A stretch of DNA of 64,000 nt from Selaginella moellendorffii (Eukaryota; Plantae; Lycopodiophyta), in NCBI RefSeq assembly GCF_000143415.4, contig NW_003314278.1, positions 202,371 through 266,370 on the forward strand. The letters run 5' to 3'. Below, in pieces: positions 12,679-23,773 of the stretch. Both the position numbers and the translations under genes were made by a program. The notes under the pieces were generated by a model. It searched no databases. It saw only the letters and a list, made by a program, of their open reading frames with translations, and had not been told where the DNA came from. Position 1 is the stretch's first letter. Every line of letters begins with the position of its first letter.

Positions 12679-13788
12679 ATGGCTTCTCTTCTAACTTTTC
12701 TTTCTTTCTTCTTGATTGGTTCCATCGTCGTCCAGGCTGCAGTGTATCCTTACGTGATTCCCAACGCCGTCTTTGGCTTCACGGACTCTCTCTCGGACAC
12801 GGGCAATCTCAAGCTCGCCTTGCCTGGCGCTGTTGATGCCGACTATCCACCTTATGGCATGACCATCGGCGAGGTCACTGGCCGCTTCTCCGACGGCTAC
12901 CTCATCATCGACTTCTTGAACACGCGCTTCACGGGCGTGGTGGAGAAGCCGAGCCTGGCCAGGGACCCCAGCGACACGACCTATGCCAGCCTCGGCTTTG
13001 GTTCTGCTGGAGCCACCGTTCTCCCCCAGGCGTATCCCAACATGAATCCTGACATCCTTCCAGCTCAAGTCGCGCAGTTCCTCGGCTACCAGCAGCAGGT
13101 CGTCAGCTCCAACGCCACCGCCGCCCGCCTCTTCAGCAGCGCGCTCTACTACGTCGAGATCGGTGGCAACGACATCAACTTCGCTCTCGTCCCGGGGAAC
13201 CTGTCGTACGAAAGCATCGTCCAGAACGTCATCCCCAGAGTCGTCCAGAGCTTGAAGGATTCCATCGCCAACCTCCATGTCAATGGCTCTGCTGTCCACT
13301 TTCTCATCTTCAACATGCCTGCTGCTGGCTGCACCCCTATCTATCTCGCCAGGGGCGAGTACTCCGCCAAAGACGAGCTGGGATGCGTCATTGATGCGAA
13401 CAACCTTGTCCAGGCCTTCAACGAGAAGATCAGGGAGACCGTGAATGCCCTGCGTTGCGAGTACCCCTCGGCCAACTTCATGTACTTCGACTTCTACGAG
13501 GCCAGCGTCGACTTCTTGAGGAACTCGTACGAGCTGGGATTTGTGAACGTCGATAGTGCCTGCTGCGGTGGTGGAGGCGACTACAACTGCAAAGCTGGAC
13601 TGGTTGGCTGTGGCTGCGATAGAACCGTGACGCCTTGCAGTGATCCCAACAAGTATATGAGCTGGGACGGGATTCACTACACCCAGCATTTCTACGAGGT
13701 CATGGCTGACAACATCTTGACGAGGCAGTACCTCGATCCCCCTACTCCACTGCTTCAAAACGTGCCATCAACTTGCTCCACCTACTAA
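12679..13788 (+). CDS. Secreted GDSL/SGNH esterase-lipase, intronless
   Basis: Signal peptide; block I FTDSLSDTGN, TGRFSDG, EIGGND, WDGIHYT. Confidence 0.93.
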   Translation: MASLLTFLSFFLIGSIVVQAAVYPYVIPNAVFGFTDSLSDTGNLKLALPGAVDADYPPYGMTIGEVTGRFSDGYLIIDFLNTRFTGVVEKPSLARDPSDTTYASLGFGSAGATVLPQAYPNMNPDILPAQVAQFLGYQQQVVSSNATAARLFSSALYYVEIGGNDINFALVPGNLSYESIVQNVIPRVVQSLKDSIANLHVNGSAVHFLIFNMPAAGCTPIYLARGEYSAKDELGCVIDANNLVQAFNEKIRETVNALRCEYPSANFMYFDFYEASVDFLRNSYELGFVNVDSACCGGGGDYNCKAGLVGCGCDRTVTPCSDPNKYMSWDGIHYTQHFYEVMADNILTRQYLDPPTPLLQNVPSTCSTY

Positions 13789-13957
13789 TCCCAAGTTCTT
13801 ATATGCACTGCTTCAAGGCGTTCCATCCCCTACTAATCCAACTTTAGATATTTCCTGTTCATAGAATTTAATAGAATTTCAATTGATAACAAAAACAAGC
13901 GCATTTGCACAGAACCTGGAAATCCTGTGTCCAACCGAATGAATTGAATTGCCCGCT

Positions 13958-16402
13958 CTACAAGACAAATTTTGAAAGATCCATCTTGTTGAGAAGGTCC
14001 CCAACGGACTTCCTCACTTTCTGCATGCTTCACAGTTAGTATGCAGAGCAGCTGTATGGACGCATTTACCTCCTTGTCAATTATCAGTTTCTCTCCCGCC
14101 CTCTCTGGTGCACTGAAACTAATGTCCTCCACAACTCTCTCAATCACCTGCTTCAACAACAGAACGATAATACATGCTAAAAAAACAAGGCAAAGTTGTA
14201 CCGTGTGCAATCTCCTCGCGCCTATGTTATCCAGAGATCTGTTCACCTTCATGAAGTGAGGAGAGGCAAGGTTAGGAAGTGAAAGACGGAATAGCATAAT
14301 CTACCTCTGCAGCAACATTTGCAAGTTCTCTGACCGCATCCTCGGTAAATATCAGCTCAACGCCTTCGGTTTTAAGTAGCAATTGTTGTTGCTTCAGCAT
14401 GTTTATCTCTGGTTCTGTTAAAATTCGATACAAGTCCTGCATCAAAGGATTGAAGCGAAATACGAATCTAATTACGGCAGTACCTCGCGTTGAAGGGCCT
14501 TCAGTTCAACACGAATAGGCAGCCTTCCTTGCAATTCCGCAAGCATGTCACTTGGTTTACAGGAGTGAAACGCACCGCTGCAAATAAACAGGATATGATC
14601 CGTATTCACATTGCCGTACTTCGTGTTCACAACACTGCAGTAAGACAAATTACAAAACAAGAACCAAAACCGGTGGGAAAAAAAGTTCGTACCTTCCTTC
14701 AATGATTGGTAGCAAATCCCTTTGGACGCCCTCGGCACTTGCATCAGCACCGCGCCTTGTCTCGCTCGTGGTGACTATTTTGTCAATTTCGTCAATGAAA
14801 ACAATACCATCTGACTCCGTAAGCTGTGAAGCCACTCTTTACAGCAAGCAAGATTCTAATGAGCATTTTCTACCTGGATTGCATCCTTCACAATTTGGTC
14901 CGATTGTAAGTACTTTTCCATTTCGATTTCTGTCAAGAGCGGCCTTGCTTCCCCAACCGTGATTTCACGTCGCTCCACTTTGGGGGACTTCAACACCTGC
15001 TCAATGTCCATCTTAGTACGAACATATATTTCCCATGAACAGAGATGATACCTTGTAAATCAGATCGTTAACAGGCAAGCCGTTTCCCATCACATCAACA
15101 GGAAGACGAACTCGTCCTTCCGGCACATCCAGCTGAATTTTCCGGTTGTCGATTGCTCCTTCCCTGTACAGTTTCCTGAACATGTCCATGGACGTTAAGC
15201 TTTTCTCACTAATCTCCTCCTGCGACAGCAAAACAAATAATAATGTTATCAAGCTCAAGAAAAGACGCCGTTTACCTGCTGAACTCCAACCAAAACATCC
15301 AGAATTCGATCCTCAACGCTCTTCTCCACCTCTTTAGAAATCTTGGTGCGGATCTAGTATAAGCAATCGTTAGCAATATGCTAAGAGGAAAGTTAATTAT
15401 ACCCTTTGCCGCTGCAGGACAATTGCATTATCGACCAAATCTCTGATAATTTGATCTACATCTCGCCCATGAAATCCAACTTCAGTAAACTTTGTGGCTT
15501 CAACCTTCAAAAGAGGAAAAGTACAGGAAAAAAAAGACTAAAACTTCATAAGAAATTCAAATATCACCTTCACAAATGGAGCGTAAGAGATCTTCGCAAG
15601 CCTTCGAGCAATTTCTGTCTTGCCACAGCCTGTTGGACCAATCATAAGGATATTCTTGGGCACAATTTCATCTCTCAACTCAACTGGGATGCGATGCCGG
15701 CGCCATCTATTTCCTGCAAAAAACGATTCACCAAAACAAATAGTCAGCCAGCGCACCGACTCTCAAGAAAAACACGTAGAAACAATCCCAATCAGATGAG
15801 CGCGCAAAATCACAACAAAGCACGAACAAGAATTTCTCTGTGATTCCCTCTAGGAAGAAGACACATGAGATGCACGTATTACCACAGTCACCTACACCAC
15901 GCTCTGGAAAAGCGCATACGAAATGCCACAGCGACTGCCCGTTTTGCTGCCGTTTGCCCGACTATGTATCGATCCAAAACCTCCACCACTTTCGCAGGAG
16001 TAAGAGCTCCTGCCGCTAGAAGCTCGTCTGCAAGCATCGCCAGGATCAAGAGAAACGAAGAGCAGTGACTTTAATCGAACCAGGCATCGCGTCGGATGGT
16101 TGAGACGATGAAGTCGACGGTGCTGCCGGATCCATTCTCGGTCCATGCGTCTGGCAGAAGCTGTGGCATCGAAATAATCACAAGAATCAGCGCAATCTTT
16201 CGGAGACACAAGAATGCGAGGAAGTCGAGAGAACAAAGAATGTGGCATCTCTACGATGCCTGGTGAAGGAAACTTACGCAGCGCGCGATTCCCATTTCCA
16301 TTCCTTCCTCCCGGAAGAGAATGCTCGCGCTCTATCCGCCAATCCAATCGCGCTCCCGAGCTTGGAGTGGCGAAGGCGAGACAAGACGCCGATGCCGCTC
16401 AT
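13958..16402 (-). CDS. hslU: HslU (ClpY) ATPase subunit of the HslUV protease with a predicted mitochondrial presequence, multi-exon
   Basis: [90 protein letters not shown]-terminal DLSKFVL*; N-terminal exon [19 protein letters not shown]. Confidence 0.92.
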
Positions 16403-16440
16403 TCCCTGCCCGGAGCTCTGCTACGCTTGGAGCCCATTGT

Positions 16441-16455
16441 AACCCTAACCCTAAA
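16441..16455. promoter_or_regulatory. Telo-box (AACCCTA x2) upstream of hslU
   Basis: aaccctaaccctaaa about 40 bp upstream of the ATG; similar TAGGGTT boxes precede UAP1, NUP133, FtsZ2, RPL7a and PANC. Confidence 0.55.
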
Positions 16456-16571
16456 TAGAGGCGCTCTTCGCCATCTCCTTGTACGGAAGAACCTACTCTC
16501 TTCCAAAACGTAAGTTCTTTTCCAATGCTCTGGATTTTTCTCCTTCCCTAAAAGCTTGCTATTGTAAAAGA

Positions 16572-16812
16572 TCTTTTTCTTCTCGTTAAATGAATCGCAA
16601 GCGATGGGTCACAGGATCATAGACTATATTCTTGGTTTGTGATATTTTGCAGCGCAATCTCATCAAAGATTCGCAAGCCTCATGAAGGAGAGATTTTTGA
16701 GCTTGGGCATAAGGCAAGAGTGTCCACCACCGGATAACAGGCCGGCCTCCAGAATGGCAAATGCAGGGATTTACGCAACACTCAGGAAGTCTTCGACTCC
16801 ATCCCAGAAAAA
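16572..16812 (+). pseudogene. Eroded direct copy of the 5' end of the PPR-DYW gene (source ~20521-20870)
   Basis: aatgaatcgcaagcgatgggtcac..atcatagacta and gaagtcttcga.tccatcccagaaaaa shared with 20537-20868. Confidence 0.88.
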
Positions 16813-16814
16813 CA

Positions 16815-16955
16815 TGCTTGCTTGCTTGTCGGAGACGGAGAGCATTGTGCGGTCGTTTGCCGGGGACGAGACCCGATTCCAGCTGCACTTCCGGAGGTCT
16901 CTGCTCAAGATGGGCGAGCTGAGGATCAAGACGTCGGCCAACGGGGAGATTCCCC
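16815..16955 (+). pseudogene. Captured class III peroxidase C-terminal fragment
   Basis: ETESIVRSFAGDETRFQLHFRRSLLKMGELRIKTSANGEI matches the peroxidase tail pattern F..SM.KMG...TG..GEIR. Confidence 0.78.
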
Positions 16956-17099
16956 CAATAACTTGATTCTCTTTGGCTTGCTTCTGATTGAAACTCTAGA
17001 TCAAAGGAAGAAGAAAGTGCTTCTTCTTTTAGAGAGAATCGCCACTTTTCTTTAAAAATGTGTTAGCAGACCTGATTCATCATGCTTAAACCGTAATAA

Positions 17100-18250
17100 C
17101 AACTTCCTATGTGAAACAGCCATTTAACACTTCAATGGAGAGCTACATACCTCGTACAGAAGGCTAAAATCTCATGTGGCAAAACAATGCGATAAAAATG
17201 ATTATGCCAGGAAAGGTAGTTGCTAGACATGAAACATGTTTTAGAAAGAATGGAATTTTAACAAAGGAACTTAGCTAAAGTTGGTCAAATAAACAAAATA
17301 AGTTAACAAAGTGGAAAAGAAAAATTTATACTTTACAGCCAAAAAGTATTTTGGCATGGCTAACCATGGGTATATAACTCATAAGTAACAACATTAATCT
17401 TGATGTATGGGAATACAAATTGAGTATAACTAGATTGAAAAACCACCCCTTAAGTGATTAAGTATATTTAAATATAAAAATACTTGTTAAAGCATCAGTA
17501 AGAATTATAAAATTACCCTTCTAGTATAAAGAATAATAAATGAAAAAAAATATATCCAAGAATTAATAAAAGGGATAAAATTGAAAAATAAAATTTAAAG
17601 GCCATAGCTATATGGGAGTCAACTTAAAGGTTTGTTACATGGTATTATGGAGTGTTTAAAGTATGAAAGTGTTTATGATAGAGCAAATGGCAAATAAAAA
17701 ATTTGTGAATAGAAAGGCTTTGGTACTTTAAAAGTTAAGTATGAACATGTGAAATCAGAGTAGCATAGTAAAAGTGTAATTTGCCATAAAACAAGACTAT
17801 CAAAATCAAGGGAGTAATTATTACATATTCAAAGGATAATTTTGAATGAAAGTTTATATTTAAAAACTTATATGCTTATGTATAAAATTGTATTACATGC
17901 TTGAATGACTTGTTAAGTGGGATTGACATATCAAAGGAACTAAGTTCTTAACTAGAGAGTTGACTGCAGAAGAGAAAACCTATGAGGCTAAGAATTTATA
18001 CATGATCAAAGGTTAATCACCTAATTTGCCCAAGTAAAAAAATTTGGAAGCTAAGAGAATATGACACATAATACACATATAAAAAAGAAGCCAATTAACA
18101 TAGGTATAAATTTGATGCACCAGCGTTTATGGTGATGTCTCAAGAGGAGATTACTCGAAGTCTACCTATGCAATAGAAGAGTAACTTTGCAGAAGCTTTC
18201 GTTTCAATGACATGTCTTACCCAATTATAGCTTTGACTGTGTTCAACTGA
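17100..18250 (+). mobile_element. AT-rich, highly decayed segment, possibly a Ty1/copia relic
   Basis: Abrupt AT/purine-rich shift; stop-ridden translation ANGK..KGFGTLKV resembles the copia protease-adjacent region; no LTR recognised. Confidence 0.3.
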
Positions 18251-18355
18251 ATATTTGATACCTTCTTTTTGGGCACATCCAGCTGAAATTTTAGTTGGCT
18301 TCTCAAATCAATATTACCTGTGTGATGTACATGCTTCTAATACCTTCTTTGATGT

Positions 18356-19266
18356 GGCTATCAGACACTTCAGGAAACTCGTCTTGAGTGGCTACTTATG
18401 TCTCCAGCATGAGGGATTGAAGGAAGAACGCTTCAGTAACTCCAAGCTACTGCATCTGGGAAGATATCTCTTTTCTGGCTCCATGACTTCTTCCTCAAAA
18501 GATTCACTGCTGCATCGGAAAACCGACATCCCACGAAAGCTTTAATAACTTGCAGGTATATAGCACTTTCAGAAGCTTCCAGAACTTGCTTATGTGTGTC
18601 CTTCCAGGCTAGAAGCGTGGAGCGGTTGACAAGTCAATTCAGATCGAGGCAGATCTTGGAATTTTAGCTGTTCAGGTCAGTCTATAAACAACTTGTTTAC
18701 GTTTCCTTGAATGGAAGCTGCTGCTGAGCTGGGGATTGCAACTTCTACGGCATCTCGTTCTTGGACTGGGGCCACAAGGAAGTAGGTTTTCACCAGTGCT
18801 GTCAGGAGGCTATTTCAGAAGATGGAACAAGAGCCTTTTGGAGGCACCATGGCTGAAGCTCGCTGATCAAGACGACTGGCTGAAAATGAGGACGAGGAAT
18901 GCTGGAATGACCAACAGCAGTACGAAGTGCTCAAAGCAACTGCCCTCTACGCAGCGTCAAAGTACTGTTACGGAGGCCCGGGGCACACCATTCGAAGAGA
19001 TGCTGCCACTTTTCGGGAGATCGACGCCAGCACACGAAGGGCTGAGCCGGGCAGTGCAGGCTCGGTGATGAGGTGTTGACGCAGCACGAGGACTTTCCAG
19101 AAGCAGGGGAAGCCATGGTGATGGCGCTGAGGATGGGAAAAGGATAGTTGGAGCTTGTAACAACGGGGACCTCTTTGAGACAATTTTGAAGCCGTGGGAA
19201 AAAAACTTGTGTGCTGCGATCAAGCCTGTTGCTCAACAAGCGTCGACCCACCAGCATCTCAAACTA
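18356..19266 (+). pseudogene. Inverted, eroded copy of the NUP133 3' region (source ~25853-27135)
   Basis: NKSLLEAPWLKLADQDDWLKMR and EDFPEAGEAMVMALRMGKG match 25966-26523 (-); introns retained, many deletions. Confidence 0.92.
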
Positions 19267-19439
19267 CGCATAGAGCGTTCAAGGCTGCCATGGAAGCAGA
19301 CTGAACAAGCACGTGAAAATTGATAATTGGCAGTGATTTCTCCAAACACAACTGTCTCTCATTTATTCAATAGGAAATGAGAAAGAAAATTCACACAGCA
19401 TCTCACGAGGTCTTGCAGCGCCCATCTAGAGGGACATTG

Positions 19440-19763
19440 TCAGCAGCGTATATAGAAGCTGAGAATGGGAACTGTAGCCACACCACATGCTTCTTGGTCT
19501 TGCCCTATCAATGCACCCTGACCTTGACAACCTGGTAATGTGTAAATCCGTATAGGCTTTCCATCAAAGCCAATCTTGTAACCTCCAGTTGCTACTGCTA
19601 GAGTCTGGCACTGACCACAACTGGAGTATGTACCAGTTGCTACAACACAACCTGGTAAAACATACGTAGTGATGTTAGTGAGCGCTCCCACACCTCCGGT
19701 GGCCAATGCAATCACAACCATGATGAATGAGAGCGCACATACACTACTCTTGAATACCCTCAT
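19440..19763 (-). CDS. MiAMP1-like secreted cysteine-rich antimicrobial peptide
   Basis: Signal peptide plus T.Y..PGC..YSSCG.C..GGY..F.G..Y..PGC.G..C..SFYIRC; the 6-Cys spacing matches Macadamia MiAMP1 as recalled. Confidence 0.85.
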   Translation of the reverse strand: MRVFKSSVCALSFIMVVIALATGGVGALTNITTYVLPGCVVATGTYSSCGQCQTLAVATGGYKIGFDGKPIRIYTLPGCQGQGALIGQDQEACGVATVPILSFYIRC

Positions 19764-20077
19764 GTTAATTGCTTGCTGGTGATGTTGTTGCTTTGCAATC
19801 CCAAGTTTAGGTCTTTTATAGCTGAATGTCTAGCTTCTTGCATGAAACTCGTGGCTGAATTGTTAATAGTTGCTTGTGAGCTAATTGTGCACGACTTTTT
19901 GAATATACAAGCAAGCATGAAGTTCACACTAACACGATCGGATTTAATATATCCTCAATTGGTCATAACAACTGTTGAGAGTTGAACACAGCTGTGAACA
20001 GCTTAGTATGAGCTTAGACCAAACTTGTTAAACATTGCAAGAACATCTAGGCAATTACCTCCTTCCTCGATTGGAGT

Positions 20078-20520
20078 AAAGCCAAACATGTCCTTTTACG
20101 TATCTCAAACAAAATGTATCAACATTAAGAGCGGCAAAGTGATGGAACCTGTGAGTGTCTCGCATAAAAATCCTCTGTCCCGTGATCTTTGCGATGGCGT
20201 CAGATCAAACCAGGAGCTTCTTGACGATCAAGAGAGGAGTTCCGGGTGGTGTGTCGATCAACCCAACCGTGATGGTCATTCTCACTGTGTAATCCAATCA
20301 GCTGCTCTTTCTCCTCCTCGCCCACGGCATGAAGGACGTCCTTCGTGATTGGAACATATCCAGCTTCTCTCATCCGTCTGCCGCCTGGGATGAACTCGAT
20401 TGCCAGCGACGAACTCATGGACCTTGTTCTTCACCTCAATATCCTGCGTACTTTCTCGAGGCCTCGATCCGTCATTCTCTTCCTCACTCTCATTTGGTCT
20501 CCATACCTCCCGGTAGCGAC
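20078..20520 (-). pseudogene. Inverted, eroded copy of the E+/DYW end of the adjacent PPR-DYW gene (source ~22537-23075)
   Basis: IEVKNKVHEFVAG and RMREAGYVP.TKDVLHAV.EEEKEQLIGLHSE on the minus strand. Confidence 0.92.
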
Positions 20521-20573
20521 ATTCTTCTTCTCGTTGAATGAATCGCAAGCGATGGGTCACGGGATCATAGACT

Positions 20574-23015
20574 ATGTTCTTGGTTCGTCTTGGTCTCGGG
20601 GAAAGAAAAGGATCGAGAAGAAGATATTTCGCAGCTCTAGCAAAAAATTCTCGAGATCTCGTCGAAGATTCGCAAGCCTCGTACGCTCGCTCGCTGCGCC
20701 ATTGCCGAGCTCAAAGATCTCTCCTCCAAGGCAAGTACGTCCACCGCCGGATCAATCAGGCAGGCCTCCAGAGAAATTCCCAGCTGGGCAATCTCCTCCT
20801 CCAAATGTATGGAAAATGCGGGGATTTAAGCAGCGCTCAAGAAGTCTTCGATTCCATCCCAGAAAAAACCACGCTCTCTTGGTCCCTGCTCGTCACCGCA
20901 TATGCCCAGAATGGGCATACCACCGCGGCATTGGGTCTCTACGACTCTATGCAAAGCCACGGCCTTTTTCCAAGCGACTTTACCATCTCGGTGGCCCTCA
21001 GTGCCTGCTCCAGCCTCAAGAGCTTCGAGCGAGGAGCGAGGATCCATCTCTGGGCTGACGAGCACGGCTATGGCTCCAACCTTCTCGTCCAGAGCGCGCT
21101 CGTCAACTTCTACGCAAAGTGCTCCAAGATCCCAGAGGCAATGAAACTGTTTGGCGAGATGAGCGAGCGAACGAGTGTCACCTGGAACGCAGTCATCTCG
21201 GCTCACGCCCAGAACGATCGCTGGCACGAAGCTCTCGATCTCTATCGCGAGATGCTGGCCGAGGCTGTCGAGCCGAGTAGCGTCACCTTTGCTGTGGCTC
21301 TTAGCGCTTGCTCCAGCTTGGGAGCTATGGAGGAAGGCCGGAGAATCCACTCTCGGCTCTCACTGTGTGGATTCCACCGCGCCACCATCGCACAGAATGG
21401 GCTCGTAAGCATGTATGCCAAGTGTGGCTGCCTGGACGAAGCTCGAGCTATCTTCAATGGAATCCTGGAGCGAACGGTTGTCTCGTGGTCTGCCATGATC
21501 GGAGCTTACGCTCTCCATGGCCGCGGCCAGGAAGCTCTCCTTCTCTTTCATAGGATGAGAAACGATGGAAGAGTGGAGCCGAATGCCATGACTTTCACTG
21601 GAGTTTTCAATGCCTGTGGTGTGATCGAGGATCTGGAGCAAGGGAGAGAGATTCACGCTCTCGCCATGGCGAGCGGAGAGCTCAAATCATCCAACGCCAT
21701 CCTCGAGAACGCGCTGCTCAACATGTACGTGAGGTGTGGCAGCCTAGAAGAAGCTCGCAAAGTCTTTGACACGATGGATCATCCGGACGCCTTCTCGTGG
21801 ACGAGCATGATCACCGCTTGCACGGAGAACTGCGAGCTTCTCGAGGCGTTGGAACTCTTCCACAGGATGAACTTGGAAGGGATCCCTCCAACCAGTGTCA
21901 CGCTCGCCAGCGTCCTCAATGCGTGTGCTTGTTCTGGAGCTCTCAAAGTTGGCAAACAAATCCATTCCCGCCTAGATGCCAGCGGCTTCCACTCGAGCGT
22001 CCTCGCCCAGACCGCGCTGCTCGACATGTATGCTAAGTGTGGCTCGCTCGAATGCTCCAGCAAAGTCTTCACCGCCATGGAAACCAGGAACTCTGTATCC
22101 TGGACTGCGATGATTGCTGCGCTTGCTCAGCACGGCCAGGGCGATGAAGCTCTCGAGCTCTTCAAGGAGATGAACTTGGAAGGCATGGTAGCCGACGCCA
22201 CCACTTTCATCTGCGTTCTCCGCGCTTGCAGCCATGCCGGGCTCATCAAGGAGAGCCTCGAGTTTTTCCACAGCATGGTGGAGGACTACGCCATCGCTCC
22301 AACCGAGACGCACTACTGCCGAGCGCTGGACACGATCGGCCGCGCGGGGCGCCTCCAGGACGCCGAGGAGCTGATCCACAGCATGCCTTTCCACCCCGAG
22401 ACACTGACATGGAAGACGCTGCTCAACGCTTGTAGAATCCATAGCCAGGCCGAGCGAGCTACAAAGGTGGCGGAGCTCCTCTCGAAGCTCGCGCCCGAGG
22501 ATAGCATGGCGTACACGCTGCTGGGAAACGTCTACGCCGCCACCGGGAGATATGGAGACCAAATGAGAGTGAGGAAGGGCATGACGGATCGGGGCCTCAA
22601 GAAAGTACCCGGGAAGAGCTTCATCGAGGTGAAGAACAAGGTCCATGAGTTCGTCGCTGGCGATCGAGCTCATCCCAGCCGAGACGAGATCTTGCTAGAG
22701 TTGGAGAAGCTCGGCGGACGGATGAGAGAAGCCGGGTACGTTCCAAACACGAAGGACGTCCTTCATGCCGTGAACGAGGAGGAGAAAGAGCAGCTGATTG
22801 GATTGCACAGTGAGAAGCTGGCCATTGCGTTCGGGTTGATCGCCACACCGCCTGGAACTCCTCTCTTGATCGTCAAGAACCTCCGGGTTTGCTCGGATTG
22901 TCACGCCGCCACCAAAGTTATTGCAAAGATCATGAGGAGGAGGATAGTTGTGCGAGACACTCACAGGTTCCATCACTTTGAGGATGGCCAGTGTTCTTGC
23001 AAGGATTACTGGTGA
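20574..23015 (+). CDS. PLS-E-DYW PPR protein, putative C-to-U RNA editing deaminase
   Basis: 813 aa; P-L-S triplets, PG box (PGKSFIEV), HSE(x)nCSDCH zinc-deaminase motif, ends in DYW. Confidence 0.96.
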   Translation: MFLVRLGLGERKGSRRRYFAALAKNSRDLVEDSQASYARSLRHCRAQRSLLQGKYVHRRINQAGLQRNSQLGNLLLQMYGKCGDLSSAQEVFDSIPEKTTLSWSLLVTAYAQNGHTTAALGLYDSMQSHGLFPSDFTISVALSACSSLKSFERGARIHLWADEHGYGSNLLVQSALVNFYAKCSKIPEAMKLFGEMSERTSVTWNAVISAHAQNDRWHEALDLYREMLAEAVEPSSVTFAVALSACSSLGAMEEGRRIHSRLSLCGFHRATIAQNGLVSMYAKCGCLDEARAIFNGILERTVVSWSAMIGAYALHGRGQEALLLFHRMRNDGRVEPNAMTFTGVFNACGVIEDLEQGREIHALAMASGELKSSNAILENALLNMYVRCGSLEEARKVFDTMDHPDAFSWTSMITACTENCELLEALELFHRMNLEGIPPTSVTLASVLNACACSGALKVGKQIHSRLDASGFHSSVLAQTALLDMYAKCGSLECSSKVFTAMETRNSVSWTAMIAALAQHGQGDEALELFKEMNLEGMVADATTFICVLRACSHAGLIKESLEFFHSMVEDYAIAPTETHYCRALDTIGRAGRLQDAEELIHSMPFHPETLTWKTLLNACRIHSQAERATKVAELLSKLAPEDSMAYTLLGNVYAATGRYGDQMRVRKGMTDRGLKKVPGKSFIEVKNKVHEFVAGDRAHPSRDEILLELEKLGGRMREAGYVPNTKDVLHAVNEEEKEQLIGLHSEKLAIAFGLIATPPGTPLLIVKNLRVCSDCHAATKVIAKIMRRRIVVRDTHRFHHFEDGQCSCKDYW

Positions 23016-23692
23016 CACACTTTGTTTGTCGTCCATGCAATATGTAAAAACAAACATGAAACTACTGGCTTAAGAAAGTGCAGAGGGCATCTGCTACTTT
23101 ACAGAATGCAATAATATTTACAAGAATTGAGTGATAACAAGAATTCGTCCACTTCATTCTTCTTGACCTTCTGAACTAGCAGCTAAAGATGGACATGACT
23201 AGAAATCATGTGGGCTTCCCCCGCAGGTTCAGTCCACGGCCTTGATTTTCTTCATTTTCGAGCTTGGCTGGTGCAGTGCTCGAAATTATTTTCTATTCAA
23301 TAAGACAATTCTAGCATAAGCAGCCAACATGTTTAGAATAATCTAATGCTGAGCTTACCAGTTTAGTTTGTTATAACAGTACTTATTGGGAGACCATAAT
23401 ATGTTTTCGTTTAAAAGTATATAACACTAAATTTTCATCATTTTGAAGATCTAAAAAACATTCTCCAAAATATTCATTATTTGGAGATTCCCATGCTATT
23501 TTTTCCAGAAAAAAATGCAAGTTTACAATTCATTTTGATATAGAGTATATTCATATGATTTGGGGATTGTAAGAATTTACCTTTATATAAAATATGATCA
23601 GAGAAACTAGCACTTGAAGTCAAATTAATATCAAGTTTCAAAATATTTTAAAACCATATTTAATTTAGGGGTTTGGTTTCCAACAAGTTACA

Positions 23693-23707
23693 TATATATG
23701 TATGTAA

Positions 23708-23769
<62 letters not shown>
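23693..23769. repeat. (TA)n microsatellite
   Basis: Near-perfect TA run. Confidence 0.97.

Positions 23770-23773
<4 letters not shown>

Noticed and set aside
5706-13758. Long antisense ORFs (e.g. 7055-8443, 12691-13758; also 60771-61673)
   Set aside because: Shadow frames of GC-rich PPR and GDSL coding strands, with no recognisable motifs
13958-16402. Bacterial contamination or recent HGT for hslU (and ftsZ, panC)
   Set aside because: All three have spliceosomal introns and plant-type promoter motifs, and hslU and ftsZ carry targeting peptides
16441-16455. Interstitial telomere
   Set aside because: Only two units in a promoter position; better read as a telo-box
22600-23015. U-to-C (DYW:KP) type editing domain
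   Set aside because: The PG box, HSE motif and terminal DYW are canonical for C-to-U factors
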